A model generated the notes under the pieces. It was not told where the DNA came from, made no database searches, and saw nothing but the letters and a program-made list of their open reading frames with translations. From assembly GCA_021830925.1 (NCBI GenBank), contig JAKBNS010000185.1:2975-66974 (forward strand): a stretch of 64,000 nucleotides of DNA, in the 5' to 3' direction. Positions 9,825 to 18,435 of this stretch are shown piece by piece; positions within the stretch are counted from its first letter, which is position 1, and every line of letters starts with the position of its first letter. The position numbers were made by a program, and so were the translations under genes. Source of the DNA: Pseudomonadota bacterium (lineage in GTDB: Bacteria; Pseudomonadota; Gammaproteobacteria; Burkholderiales; Burkholderiaceae_C).

Positions 9825-10646
9825 GTGGCGGGTATCCGCGACACGGGCGGCGGGGCGGCGGATCAGGCCATGCGCGACGGCACTGCGCGCAAGGGGCATC
9901 CGGCGATCTGGTGGGTGCTGGCCGCGGCCGTCGGTGTCGTGCTGCTGGCGCGCCTGGCCTGGCCGCATGCGTCCGGTGTGCCGGCGTACCGCTGGCACTT
10001 CCACGTGATCTGGGATTACCGCCGCGAACTGCTGGCGGGGCTGTGGTACACGGTGCTGTTCACCCTGGTGTGCATCGTCTGCGGCTTCCTGTTCGGGCTG
10101 CTGACGGCGCTGGCGCGCATCTCGGGCGTGCGCGCGCTGGCCGTACCGGTGCGCGCGCTCATCGAACTGTTCCGCTGCACGCCGCTGCTGGTCCAGCTGG
10201 TATGGATCTACTACGCGCTGCCGGTGCTCACCGGGCTGCAACTTTCGGCGCCCGCGGCGGCTGCGATCAGCCTGTCGCTGTACGGTGGAGCCTTCTATTC
10301 GGAGATCATCCGCGGCGGCATCCTGTCCATCGATCCCGGGCAGACCGAGGCGGGGCAGGCGCTGGGCATGATGCCGCTGCAGGTGATGCGTCGGGTCATC
10401 CTGCCGCAGGCCTTTCGCAAGATGGTGCCGCCGCTGGTCAGCCAGTCGATCATGCAGCTCAAGAACACCTCGCTGCTGTCGGTGATCGCGGTGCCGGATC
10501 TGCTGTACCAGGCGCAGAGCGCCGCCCAGGCCACCTACCGCCCGCTGGAGTTGTACACGGCCGCCGCGGTGATCTATTTCCTCGTGCTGTTTCCGGCGAC
10601 GCTGCTGGCGCAGAAGCTCGAAATCGGCGACAAGGGTGAGCATTGA
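9825..10646 (+). CDS. Polar amino acid ABC transporter permease (HisM/GlnP family)
   Basis: IELFRCTPLLVQL, EAA loop AFYSEIIRGGILSIDPGQTEAGQALG, LKNTSL; GTG directly after SBP stop. Confidence 0.9.
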   Translation: MAGIRDTGGGAADQAMRDGTARKGHPAIWWVLAAAVGVVLLARLAWPHASGVPAYRWHFHVIWDYRRELLAGLWYTVLFTLVCIVCGFLFGLLTALARISGVRALAVPVRALIELFRCTPLLVQLVWIYYALPVLTGLQLSAPAAAAISLSLYGGAFYSEIIRGGILSIDPGQTEAGQALGMMPLQVMRRVILPQAFRKMVPPLVSQSIMQLKNTSLLSVIAVPDLLYQAQSAAQATYRPLELYTAAAVIYFLVLFPATLLAQKLEIGDKGEH

Positions 10647-11429
<783 letters not shown>

Positions 11430-11487
11430 GGCGCCAGCGCGCAGCGATCGGGCCTGCCCGCACGCACCCCGCCGCGAAGTCCCGTCC

Positions 11488-12159
11488 ATGGCCGCCGGCT
11501 TCCTGGGCATCTTGATGCTCGACACGCGCTTTCCGCGCCCGCCGGGCGACATCGGTTGCGCGCGCACCTTCGAGCGAGCCGGCATTGCGGTGCGCTATCT
11601 GCGCATGCAGGGGGTGGGCCCGCGGCGCGCGGTGCAGGAGTCCGACGAGGCGATGCTGCAGGCCGTGATCCACGGCGCGCTGCAGCTCGAACGCGAGGGC
11701 GCGAGCCTGGTGGCCACCACCTGCGGCTTCCTGAGTCGCTACCAGCCGCGCCTGGAGCGCGCCCTGCAGGTGCCGGTGGTCACCTCCAGTCTGCTGCAGG
11801 TGCGCGAGCTGCCGCGGCCCGGCATCGTCACCATCGACCGGCAAAGCCTGGGGCCGGAGGAACTCGGCGGCGCCGGCGTGCCGCCGGGCGTGCCCGTGCA
11901 GGGGGTGCGCCCGGGCAGCGAGTTCCGCGAGCGCATCCTGGGCAACGATCCCCGGCTCGACCTCGCGCAGGCGCGCGACGACGTCGTGCAGGCCGCGCGC
12001 GCGCTGGTCGACGCGCATCCGTCGCTGCGCACCATCGTGCTCGAATGCACCAACATGCCGCCGTATCGCGAGGCGGTGCGCGAGGCGACAGGGCGCACCG
12101 TGGTGGACATGGAGACTCTGCTGCTGCGCCATTGGCGCGCCGCGGGCGGCGCGGCGTAG
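11488..12159 (+). CDS. Aspartate/glutamate racemase superfamily protein
   Basis: GILMLDTRFPRPPGDIG N-terminus; two catalytic-type cysteines TTCGF and LECTN. Confidence 0.7.
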   Translation: MAAGFLGILMLDTRFPRPPGDIGCARTFERAGIAVRYLRMQGVGPRRAVQESDEAMLQAVIHGALQLEREGASLVATTCGFLSRYQPRLERALQVPVVTSSLLQVRELPRPGIVTIDRQSLGPEELGGAGVPPGVPVQGVRPGSEFRERILGNDPRLDLAQARDDVVQAARALVDAHPSLRTIVLECTNMPPYREAVREATGRTVVDMETLLLRHWRAAGGAA

Positions 12160-12170
12160 CTGGCCTGCCT

Positions 12171-13436
12171 TCAGTCCGCGCGCCCGAGCCCCGCGAAGCG
12201 GCGGGGCGCGAAGGGCGCGGGGTCGATGGGCGCGGCCTCGCCGGACATCAGCGCGCCGAGCAGGCTGGCGCTGCCGGGGCCGGTGCTGAAGCCGATGTGC
12301 TGGTGCCCGAAGGCCGCCCACAGTCCGCGGCGCGGCAGTTCGCCGATCATCGGACGGCTGTCGGGCAGGGTGGGGCGGGCGCCTTTCCAGGGACGGTCGT
12401 CCAGGCGTGCGCCAAGTGCCAGGGCCTGGCCGGCCGCGCGCTGCGCCTGTTCGAGCTGGGCGTGGTTCGGCGGCGCATCCAGTTCGTTGAGCTCGACCCC
12501 GGTGCTCAGGCGCAGCCCGCGGCGCATCGGCGACAGCACGTAGCCGGCCTGCGCATCGTGGATCGGACGCGTGAGTGCGGGCGCCCCCGGCGCGGCGCCC
12601 GCATAGTGCATGTGGTAGCCGCGCTCGAAGGCCATCGGGATGCGCAGACCGCTGCCGCGCAGGAACGCGGCCGACCAAGGGCCGAGCGCGATCACCACCT
12701 GCACGGCCTGTTCCACGCTGCCGTCGTCGAAGCGTGCGCTCCATCCGAGGCCTTGCCGCGCGAGGCCCGCGGCCCTGCGCCGAAGCACACGCCCGCCCCG
12801 TTGCACGAACAGGTCGGCGTAGCCGCGAACCACCGCCGCCGGATCGTCCACCGAGTGGGCCGAGCGCACCAGCAAGCCGCGGGCAAAAATGGGATTGAGG
12901 GCCGGCTCGAGGGCGTGGATCGCCGCGGCGTCGAGTTCCTCGACGTCCACGCCGCAGCGTCGATACACCTCGAGTTGCAGGCGCATGCCGGGCGAGCGCC
13001 GTGGGTCGCGGTACAGGAACATCCAGCCGTCGCGGCGCAGGCGCGCGCCCTGCGCCGACTCGGCGAGCAGGCGCTCGTGCTCCCGCAGGGACAGATGGAT
13101 GAGCTGGTCCAGCGCCGCGACCGTGCGCTCGAAAGCCTTCGGACGCGCCGCCAGCAGGAAGCGCGCGGCCCAGCCGAGGTTGCGCAGCACATAGCCCGGG
13201 TCATAGCGCAGCGAGGCCGACTCGTTGGACAACAGTCCCGGCAGGCTGCGCCACAACACGGGGTTGTTCAGGGGAACGATCGAACTGCGGGTGAGCACTC
13301 CGGCGTTGCCGTGGGAGGTCTCGCTGCCCGGGTCGCGGGCGTCTGCCAGCACGACCTCGAAGCCCCTGCGCTGCAGTTCGAGCGCACAACTCACGCCGAC
13401 CATTCCGGCCCCCAGAACCAGCACTGATCCTCGCAT
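12171..13436 (-). CDS. FAD-dependent D-amino acid dehydrogenase/oxidase (DadA-like)
   Basis: GAGMVG dinucleotide motif, TSHGNAG, ERGYH, GARPTLPDSRPMIG, AFGHQHIGFSTGP. Confidence 0.85.
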   Translation of the reverse strand: MRGSVLVLGAGMVGVSCALELQRRGFEVVLADARDPGSETSHGNAGVLTRSSIVPLNNPVLWRSLPGLLSNESASLRYDPGYVLRNLGWAARFLLAARPKAFERTVAALDQLIHLSLREHERLLAESAQGARLRRDGWMFLYRDPRRSPGMRLQLEVYRRCGVDVEELDAAAIHALEPALNPIFARGLLVRSAHSVDDPAAVVRGYADLFVQRGGRVLRRRAAGLARQGLGWSARFDDGSVEQAVQVVIALGPWSAAFLRGSGLRIPMAFERGYHMHYAGAAPGAPALTRPIHDAQAGYVLSPMRRGLRLSTGVELNELDAPPNHAQLEQAQRAAGQALALGARLDDRPWKGARPTLPDSRPMIGELPRRGLWAAFGHQHIGFSTGPGSASLLGALMSGEAAPIDPAPFAPRRFAGLGRAD

Positions 13437-13654
13437 AGCCTTCATCGTCGATGGTCAAGGGCACATTATCGGTGCGCTTCGACGCGCGCGATCGGGGAGG
13501 CGTCGCGGGGCCGCGATCCGGAACGCCGGTCGCAATGGATATTCGCGCATTCCCTTGTACCGCGCCGTGAACGTGCGGCTTTCGCTACTATCCGCGACAG
13601 GAGTGCAGGGACCCCGCGAAGAATCGGGGCATCGAACCGCTAGGAGGAGAAGAC

Positions 13655-14023
13655 ATGCAACGAATCGCGATCGTGGGCTTGGGGCGGGTGGGATCTCGTT
13701 TTCTCGAGGCCATGCTCGAACGCGCCTCGCGCGGCCTGGAGATTGCTGCGGTCGCGGAGACCGGGCAGACGCCCGGGCGAGCGGCCGCGGAGGCTGCCGG
13801 CATCCCGGTGCTCAGCCTGAACGATCTGCTGGGGCAGGCGGCCGGCATCGACATCGTGTTCGACCTGAGCGGGCAGCTGGCCGTGCGCCAGAGCCTGCGC
13901 CAGGGCCTGGCCAGCCGGGGCAATTCGCGTACCGTGATCGCGCCGGAAAGCGTCGCGCAACTGGTGTGGTCCATGCTTACCACCGAGGACCTGCCGCAGG
14001 TGCATGCGAACACCGGATATTGA
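13655..14023 (+). CDS. Stand-alone NAD(P)-binding Rossmann-domain protein (homoserine dehydrogenase/Gfo-like N-terminal domain only)
   Basis: Strong RBS AGGAGG; IAIVGLGRVG motif; IDIVFDLSG; 122 aa with no catalytic domain. Confidence 0.7.
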   Translation: MQRIAIVGLGRVGSRFLEAMLERASRGLEIAAVAETGQTPGRAAAEAAGIPVLSLNDLLGQAAGIDIVFDLSGQLAVRQSLRQGLASRGNSRTVIAPESVAQLVWSMLTTEDLPQVHANTGY

Positions 14024-14049
14024 GTCCGATTCGCCAGCTTGCTGCATGG

Positions 14050-14059
14050 GGGTTAACCC
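14050..14059. promoter_or_regulatory. Palindromic candidate operator GGGTTAACCC
   Basis: Perfect 10-bp palindrome in intergenic DNA; recurs at 17847-17856. Confidence 0.4.
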
Positions 14060-14440
14060 TAACAATCGACGGGTCTTGTCGTCCCCGACCCATACGGGTC
14101 GGCGGAGCCGTTCCTACAATTTCGTGTCTTGAGCTCGTCCCGCCCAACTGGGCGGTGTCGTGACGAGGCGCACGACTCCCGCGGGAGTCGTGCGCCGCGG
14201 GCTCGCCGGGCCGCGCCGATACCAGGGGCGGCCTCATCCACCCCGCCGGCGCCGGGCCTTTTCCGGCCAGCTCGTGGGGACCCACCACAAGCTGCAGTCG
14301 TCCATCTCCAGGCGCCGGGGCCCAAGAGGCCCGGGTCACCCGATCGTTTCGTCGCGCATGCGTGCCGGCCTCGTGCCATGGTGCGCCGCGTGTGCAATCC
14401 GCCGGTGTGTCGAGGTCGGCGGCGACACCGGTTGCGAGCG

Positions 14441-16120
14441 ATGAAACCCAAGGGCGTGTGCGAGCTGCACCTTTCGGCGTGCGGTCTGATCGAATCCTGC
14501 GAGGGCATGACCCAGAGCCTGTTCGGCGAGACGCCGACGGCCCTGCGGGGCCAGCTTCTGCCCAGCCGTCTGGGGGCGAAGTCGCGCGCGAGCTGGCGCG
14601 AATTGTGGCGCGAATTCTGGCGCGACGGGACGCGGCGCGACGCCGTCGCTGCGGCCGGCACCGTGCAGGACCTGACCCTGGCGCGCGCCGACGGCGCCTG
14701 GACTCCTGTGTGCGCACGGCTTCGGGCCGCCGACGCGCATGAGCCCGGGTGCGTGGTGCTCACGTTGCGGGCCTTGACGGCCAGCCCCCTGCGTGGCGGA
14801 GTGCCGGCCCCCGAGGCGCTGCACGACGCGTTGACCGACCTGCCCAATCGACGTGGCGCGCGCGAACTGATCGAGTCGACGGTGGTGCCGGGCGCGTACG
14901 AGGGCGATTCGATCTCGGTGGCCTGTGTCGACCTGGACAACTTCCGCAGCGTCAACGAGGGCTACGGGCACGATGTGGCGGAAAGCGTGCTGCGCGCGGT
15001 CGGCGACGCGCTCAGGCGCTGCAGTGCCGGCTTCGGCTGCGTGTGCCGCACCGCGGGGGACGAATTCCTCGTCGTGCACCGAGGTCGCGACAGCGCCGAG
15101 GACATGCGCGAATTCGTGCCGGCGCTGATGCGTGCCATCCACGAGCCGCTGGACATCGGCGGCGAGCAACTGATCGTCACCGCCTCGGTGGGCGTGGCCA
15201 CGCGCGAGTGCCGCGACGTGGATTTCGACGCGCTGATGCAGCGCGCCAGCCACGCCATGAGTCGGGCCAAGCGTCTGGGGCGCAACACCTGGTATTTCGC
15301 CCCGGCGCAGATCCTGCCCGATACCCGCCAGCAGGCGATCAAGACCCGCCTGTATCGCGCCATCCAGCTCGGCGCGCTGGAGTTGCACTATCAGCCCATC
15401 CTCGACCTGGCCAGCGGGCAGTTGCGCTCCTTCGAGGCGCTGATGCGCTGGGACGACGCGCAGCTGGGCCGGGTCAGCCCGGGGGTGTTCATCCCCGTGG
15501 CCGAGGAGTGTGGCCTGATCGCTTCGCTGGGCAGCTGGACCCTGCGCCAGGCCTGCCGCCAGGCGGCGCGCTGGCGTCGCATGCCGGGGTGTCGACATGC
15601 GATCGCTGTGAACGTGTCGGCGCTGCAACTGCAGCGCGGCGAGTTCGAGGTGGAATTGCGCGCCATGCTCGAATCCGAGTGCCTGGAGCCCGGCATGCTC
15701 GAGCTCGAGGTCACCGAATCGGCATTGATCCACGATGCGGCCCATCTGGCCGAGATGAGCGCGCGCCTGCGCGCACTCGGGGTCGGCGTGGCCATCGACG
15801 ATTTCGGCACCGGCTACTCGAATCTGCTCTACCTCAAGCACTTTCATCCCAGCAAGATCAAGATCGATCGCAGCTTCGTGCAGGGCATCGCGACCAGCGC
15901 GGAGGATCGGGCCATCGTGCGCGCCGTCATCGACATGGCGCATGCGATCGGCGCGCGCGTGGTGGCCGAGGGCGTGGAGTCCGCGCAGGTCTGCGCGGAG
16001 CTGCGCCGGCTGGGGTGCGACGAGGCGCAGGGCTACCTGTTCGCGCGACCCTGCGCGAGCGCCGACGTGGAGGCGTGGCTGGGTTCCACGCGCATCGCAG
16101 CCCTCGACCTTCAGGGTTGA
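14441..16120 (+). CDS. PAS-like-GGDEF-EAL protein (probable c-di-GMP phosphodiesterase)
   Basis: HDALTDLPNRR, DLDNFRSVN, degenerate AGDEF; intact EAL motifs FEALMRW, ELEVTES, DDFGTGYS, KIKIDRSF, AEGVE, QGYLF. Start codon uncertain. Confidence 0.85.
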   Translation: MKPKGVCELHLSACGLIESCEGMTQSLFGETPTALRGQLLPSRLGAKSRASWRELWREFWRDGTRRDAVAAAGTVQDLTLARADGAWTPVCARLRAADAHEPGCVVLTLRALTASPLRGGVPAPEALHDALTDLPNRRGARELIESTVVPGAYEGDSISVACVDLDNFRSVNEGYGHDVAESVLRAVGDALRRCSAGFGCVCRTAGDEFLVVHRGRDSAEDMREFVPALMRAIHEPLDIGGEQLIVTASVGVATRECRDVDFDALMQRASHAMSRAKRLGRNTWYFAPAQILPDTRQQAIKTRLYRAIQLGALELHYQPILDLASGQLRSFEALMRWDDAQLGRVSPGVFIPVAEECGLIASLGSWTLRQACRQAARWRRMPGCRHAIAVNVSALQLQRGEFEVELRAMLESECLEPGMLELEVTESALIHDAAHLAEMSARLRALGVGVAIDDFGTGYSNLLYLKHFHPSKIKIDRSFVQGIATSAEDRAIVRAVIDMAHAIGARVVAEGVESAQVCAELRRLGCDEAQGYLFARPCASADVEAWLGSTRIAALDLQG

Positions 16121-16195
16121 ATGCGTTTTCTTACACCTGGATGCTGCATCGCAGCGTAAGCTTCGCGCACATCAGTCGCAGGGGAGAACCGAGAG

Positions 16196-16408
16196 ATGAC
16201 TTCGCGAATCAGCGATCCCATCTGGAACCGATTGGGGGTACGCGTCGAGAGTTCGGAGGAGGCGCGCCAGTTGCAGTGGCTGCTCGAGCGCTTCGACGCG
16301 GGGCGCATTCGCATCGTGGCGCACAGCCTGCGCCTGCGGGAGTCGCCAAAGCCCGAGCGCATCGCGCGCGAACTCGGCGCCTGCATCCCGGCGCACCGCC
16401 CGGCCTGA
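16196..16408 (+). CDS. Uncharacterised 70-aa microprotein (paralog of 17301..17501)
   Basis: GGGGAG upstream; gapless similarity to 17301..17501 supports coding. Confidence 0.65.
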   Translation: MTSRISDPIWNRLGVRVESSEEARQLQWLLERFDAGRIRIVAHSLRLRESPKPERIARELGACIPAHRPA

Positions 16409-16439
16409 GTCGCGCGGCCCTCGGCCGCGCCGACGCGGC

Positions 16440-16835
16440 TCAGGCCGCGCGGGCGCGCTGCAGTTCCAGCACGTAGGTCCGCCTGGTGTCGCCGGCGCGC
16501 ATGCCGGGACGCGACGACACCACGTGGCAGGGGGTGCGCGGAGTCTGCACCTCCAGGCGCAACGCGCGATGCAGCGCCAGTTTCTCGCCCTGGTTCATCG
16601 CGAAGTCCGACAGCACCACCAGCACGTTGCCCGGGCGCGTGCCCACCAGCCTGGCCTGCGTGCCGGTGCTCATGCCTTCGTGGTGGCTCCACAGCGTGAC
16701 GTCCAGCGCCTGGAAGGTGCCGCGCCGGTCCAGCCCGACATGGTCCAGCCCGTCCAGCAGGCTGTGCAGGGTCAGCGGATCGCTGGTCTCGGAAATCGTC
16801 GGCGGAGCGTCGTACTGGCTGTCGGTGGATTTCAT
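16440..16835 (-). CDS. Hypothetical protein, possible degenerate PilZ-like beta-barrel
   Basis: 131 aa from ATG 16835; pattern DRR...ARLVGTRPGNVLV...GEKLAL...CHVV...YVLEL resembles PilZ strand spacing. Confidence 0.45.
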   Translation of the reverse strand: MKSTDSQYDAPPTISETSDPLTLHSLLDGLDHVGLDRRGTFQALDVTLWSHHEGMSTGTQARLVGTRPGNVLVVLSDFAMNQGEKLALHRALRLEVQTPRTPCHVVSSRPGMRAGDTRRTYVLELQRARAA

Positions 16836-17015
16836 GCGGTGCGCGATTCGTGACGACGGCGCGCGGATGGCGCCGGCTGGCGGCAATGTCGCGAGGATAG
16901 CGCTGCCGGCTCGACGGGCTCAAGGGATTTCGCGCCTTGCGCGTCCGCCGCGGACAGGGTCGCGTGGCGCATGCGACTGACATGTTTCGGTCACATGTCC
17001 CGCCTATGCTTGTTC

Positions 17016-17136
17016 ATGCAGTTGCGGTGCGCGCGCTCGCGTGCCGTGGTGCTGCACGCGGGTCGTGGGCCCGCGACCGAGTGAGCCTCTGTGTGAACGC
17101 ACCTTCGGCCCGTCGCGCTGCGGCGGGCTTTTTCTT
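17016..17136 (+). ncRNA. Candidate sRNA or leader RNA (5' end estimated)
   Basis: TATGCT -10-like element at 17005-17010, internal hairpin GGTCGTGG-GC-CCGCGACC, terminator at 3' end; no credible CDS. Confidence 0.3.
17108..17136 (+). terminator. Intrinsic terminator with no adjacent upstream + strand CDS
   Basis: Stem GCCCGTCGC/GCGGCGGGC (one G-U), loop GCT, followed by TTTTTCTT. Confidence 0.7.
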
Positions 17137-17197
17137 GGCATGGCTTCTTGGCATCGCGCAAGACGCCGTCGGACAGCGCGCGCATCGGAGTGCCGGG

Positions 17198-17239
17198 TTG
17201 ATCCAGCGCAACGCGCAGGCACGCGACGCGGCCTAGCTT
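17198..17239 (+). promoter_or_regulatory. Candidate FNR/CRP-family class II promoter
   Basis: TTGAT-CCAG-CGCAA (17198-17211) and -10-like TAGCTT (17234-17239), spacing consistent with a site centred near -41.5. Confidence 0.4.
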
Positions 17240-17300
17240 TGCCGAAACCAAGATACAGCAGCCCCGGACACACGATCCACGCGGGCGCAAGGAGGACGAC

Positions 17301-17501
17301 ATGTTCCAGCCATCGATCGAGGAGCCGCCCCTGTGGAGCCTGGGCGTGCGCATCGAGTGCGCGGACGACATCCGGCTGTTGAGCTGGCTGGTCCGGCGCT
17401 ATGGGGAGCGCCGGGTACGCGCGGCGGCGTCGCGCCGCGAACTCCCGCTCGCCCCGCGTCCGCAGGGCGTGGCCGCCGACCTCGAGGTGCGGCGGCCCTG
17501 A
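17301..17501 (+). CDS. Uncharacterised 66-aa microprotein (paralog of 16196..16408)
   Basis: Strong RBS AAGGAGG; gapless similarity to 16196..16408. Confidence 0.7.
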   Translation: MFQPSIEEPPLWSLGVRIECADDIRLLSWLVRRYGERRVRAAASRRELPLAPRPQGVAADLEVRRP

Positions 17502-17571
17502 CGGGCCTTCCTCGACCCGTCGCTCGATCACCAGCGCGCATCGTCCGATGCGCGACGCGACCCGCTTGCTG

Positions 17572-17784
17572 TTACCAGCGCGGACGTCCGTGCCCGGCGA
17601 AGGTGTCGGGCATCGCATACCCGCCGGGAATGTGCGCGATATGCTCGTGGGCCTGGGTTTCCAGCGCCAGCATGCGGCGCTCGAGGTCGCTCAGGTCGGT
17701 GGCCTGGGCCAGATAGGCCTCGTCCATGCGCTGTTGCGGGTCGAAGTGGAACAGTTCGTCGAAAAACTTGGCAGGATTGAACAT
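17572..17784 (-). CDS. DUF3563-like small protein
   Basis: RBS GAGGGAG; motif DEAYLAQATDLSDLERRM..LE recalled as typical of DUF3563. Confidence 0.7.
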   Translation of the reverse strand: MFNPAKFFDELFHFDPQQRMDEAYLAQATDLSDLERRMLALETQAHEHIAHIPGGYAMPDTFAGHGRPRW

Positions 17785-17828
17785 GATGAACTCCCTCGGT
17801 GGGGATCGGCAGCCCGGTGCGGGCATTG

Positions 17829-17857
17829 GTGTTAACCCGAATATTAGGGTTAACCCT
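17829..17857. promoter_or_regulatory. Tandem candidate operators GTGTTAACCC and AGGGTTAACCCT in a divergent promoter
   Basis: 12-bp perfect palindrome 17846-17857 plus one-mismatch copy 17829-17838. Confidence 0.45.
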
Positions 17858-17907
17858 GAAACTTGCCAAGTGCCTTCGTTTCGCATGTTGTGAAAAGGCA
17901 TCGCACA

Positions 17908-18390
17908 ATGCGAATCGAGCCGGCGCTCTGGCCCCAGGACATGGCGCTGGTGCGGGAGCTGTTTCGCGAATACGCGCAGGCCCTGGGCGTGGACCTGTGC
18001 TTCCAGGGCTTCGAGCAGGAACTCGCCGATCTGCCGGGGCGCTATGCGCCTCCCGGGGGAGCCTTGCTGCTGGCGCGCGACGACGCCGGCCACGCTCTGG
18101 GTTGCGTGGCCTTGCGCGCGCTGGGCGACGGCGACTGCGAGATGAAGCGCCTGTACGTGCGGCCGACCGCGCGCGGGCTGGGCCTGGGGCGGCGCCTGGC
18201 ACTGGCCATCTGCGAGCAGGCACGCGCCAAGGGGTACCGGCGCATCTGCCTGGACACGCTTGCCGGCATGCGCGAGGCGGTGGCGCTGTACGCCTCGCTG
18301 GGCTTCGCGCCCATCGAGCCCTACGTGTACAACCCGCTCGACGAGGTCATGTACCTGGGGAGGGACCTGACACAGCCCTTGCCGGGCTGA
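17908..18390 (+). CDS. GNAT-family N-acetyltransferase
   Basis: [26 protein letters not shown], motif [20 protein letters not shown]. Confidence 0.9.
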   Translation: MRIEPALWPQDMALVRELFREYAQALGVDLCFQGFEQELADLPGRYAPPGGALLLARDDAGHALGCVALRALGDGDCEMKRLYVRPTARGLGLGRRLALAICEQARAKGYRRICLDTLAGMREAVALYASLGFAPIEPYVYNPLDEVMYLGRDLTQPLPG

Positions 18391-18435
18391 GCGCGAAGCG
18401 CTCGCGCGTTCGCGCCTCGACCCAGGAGCGCGCGC

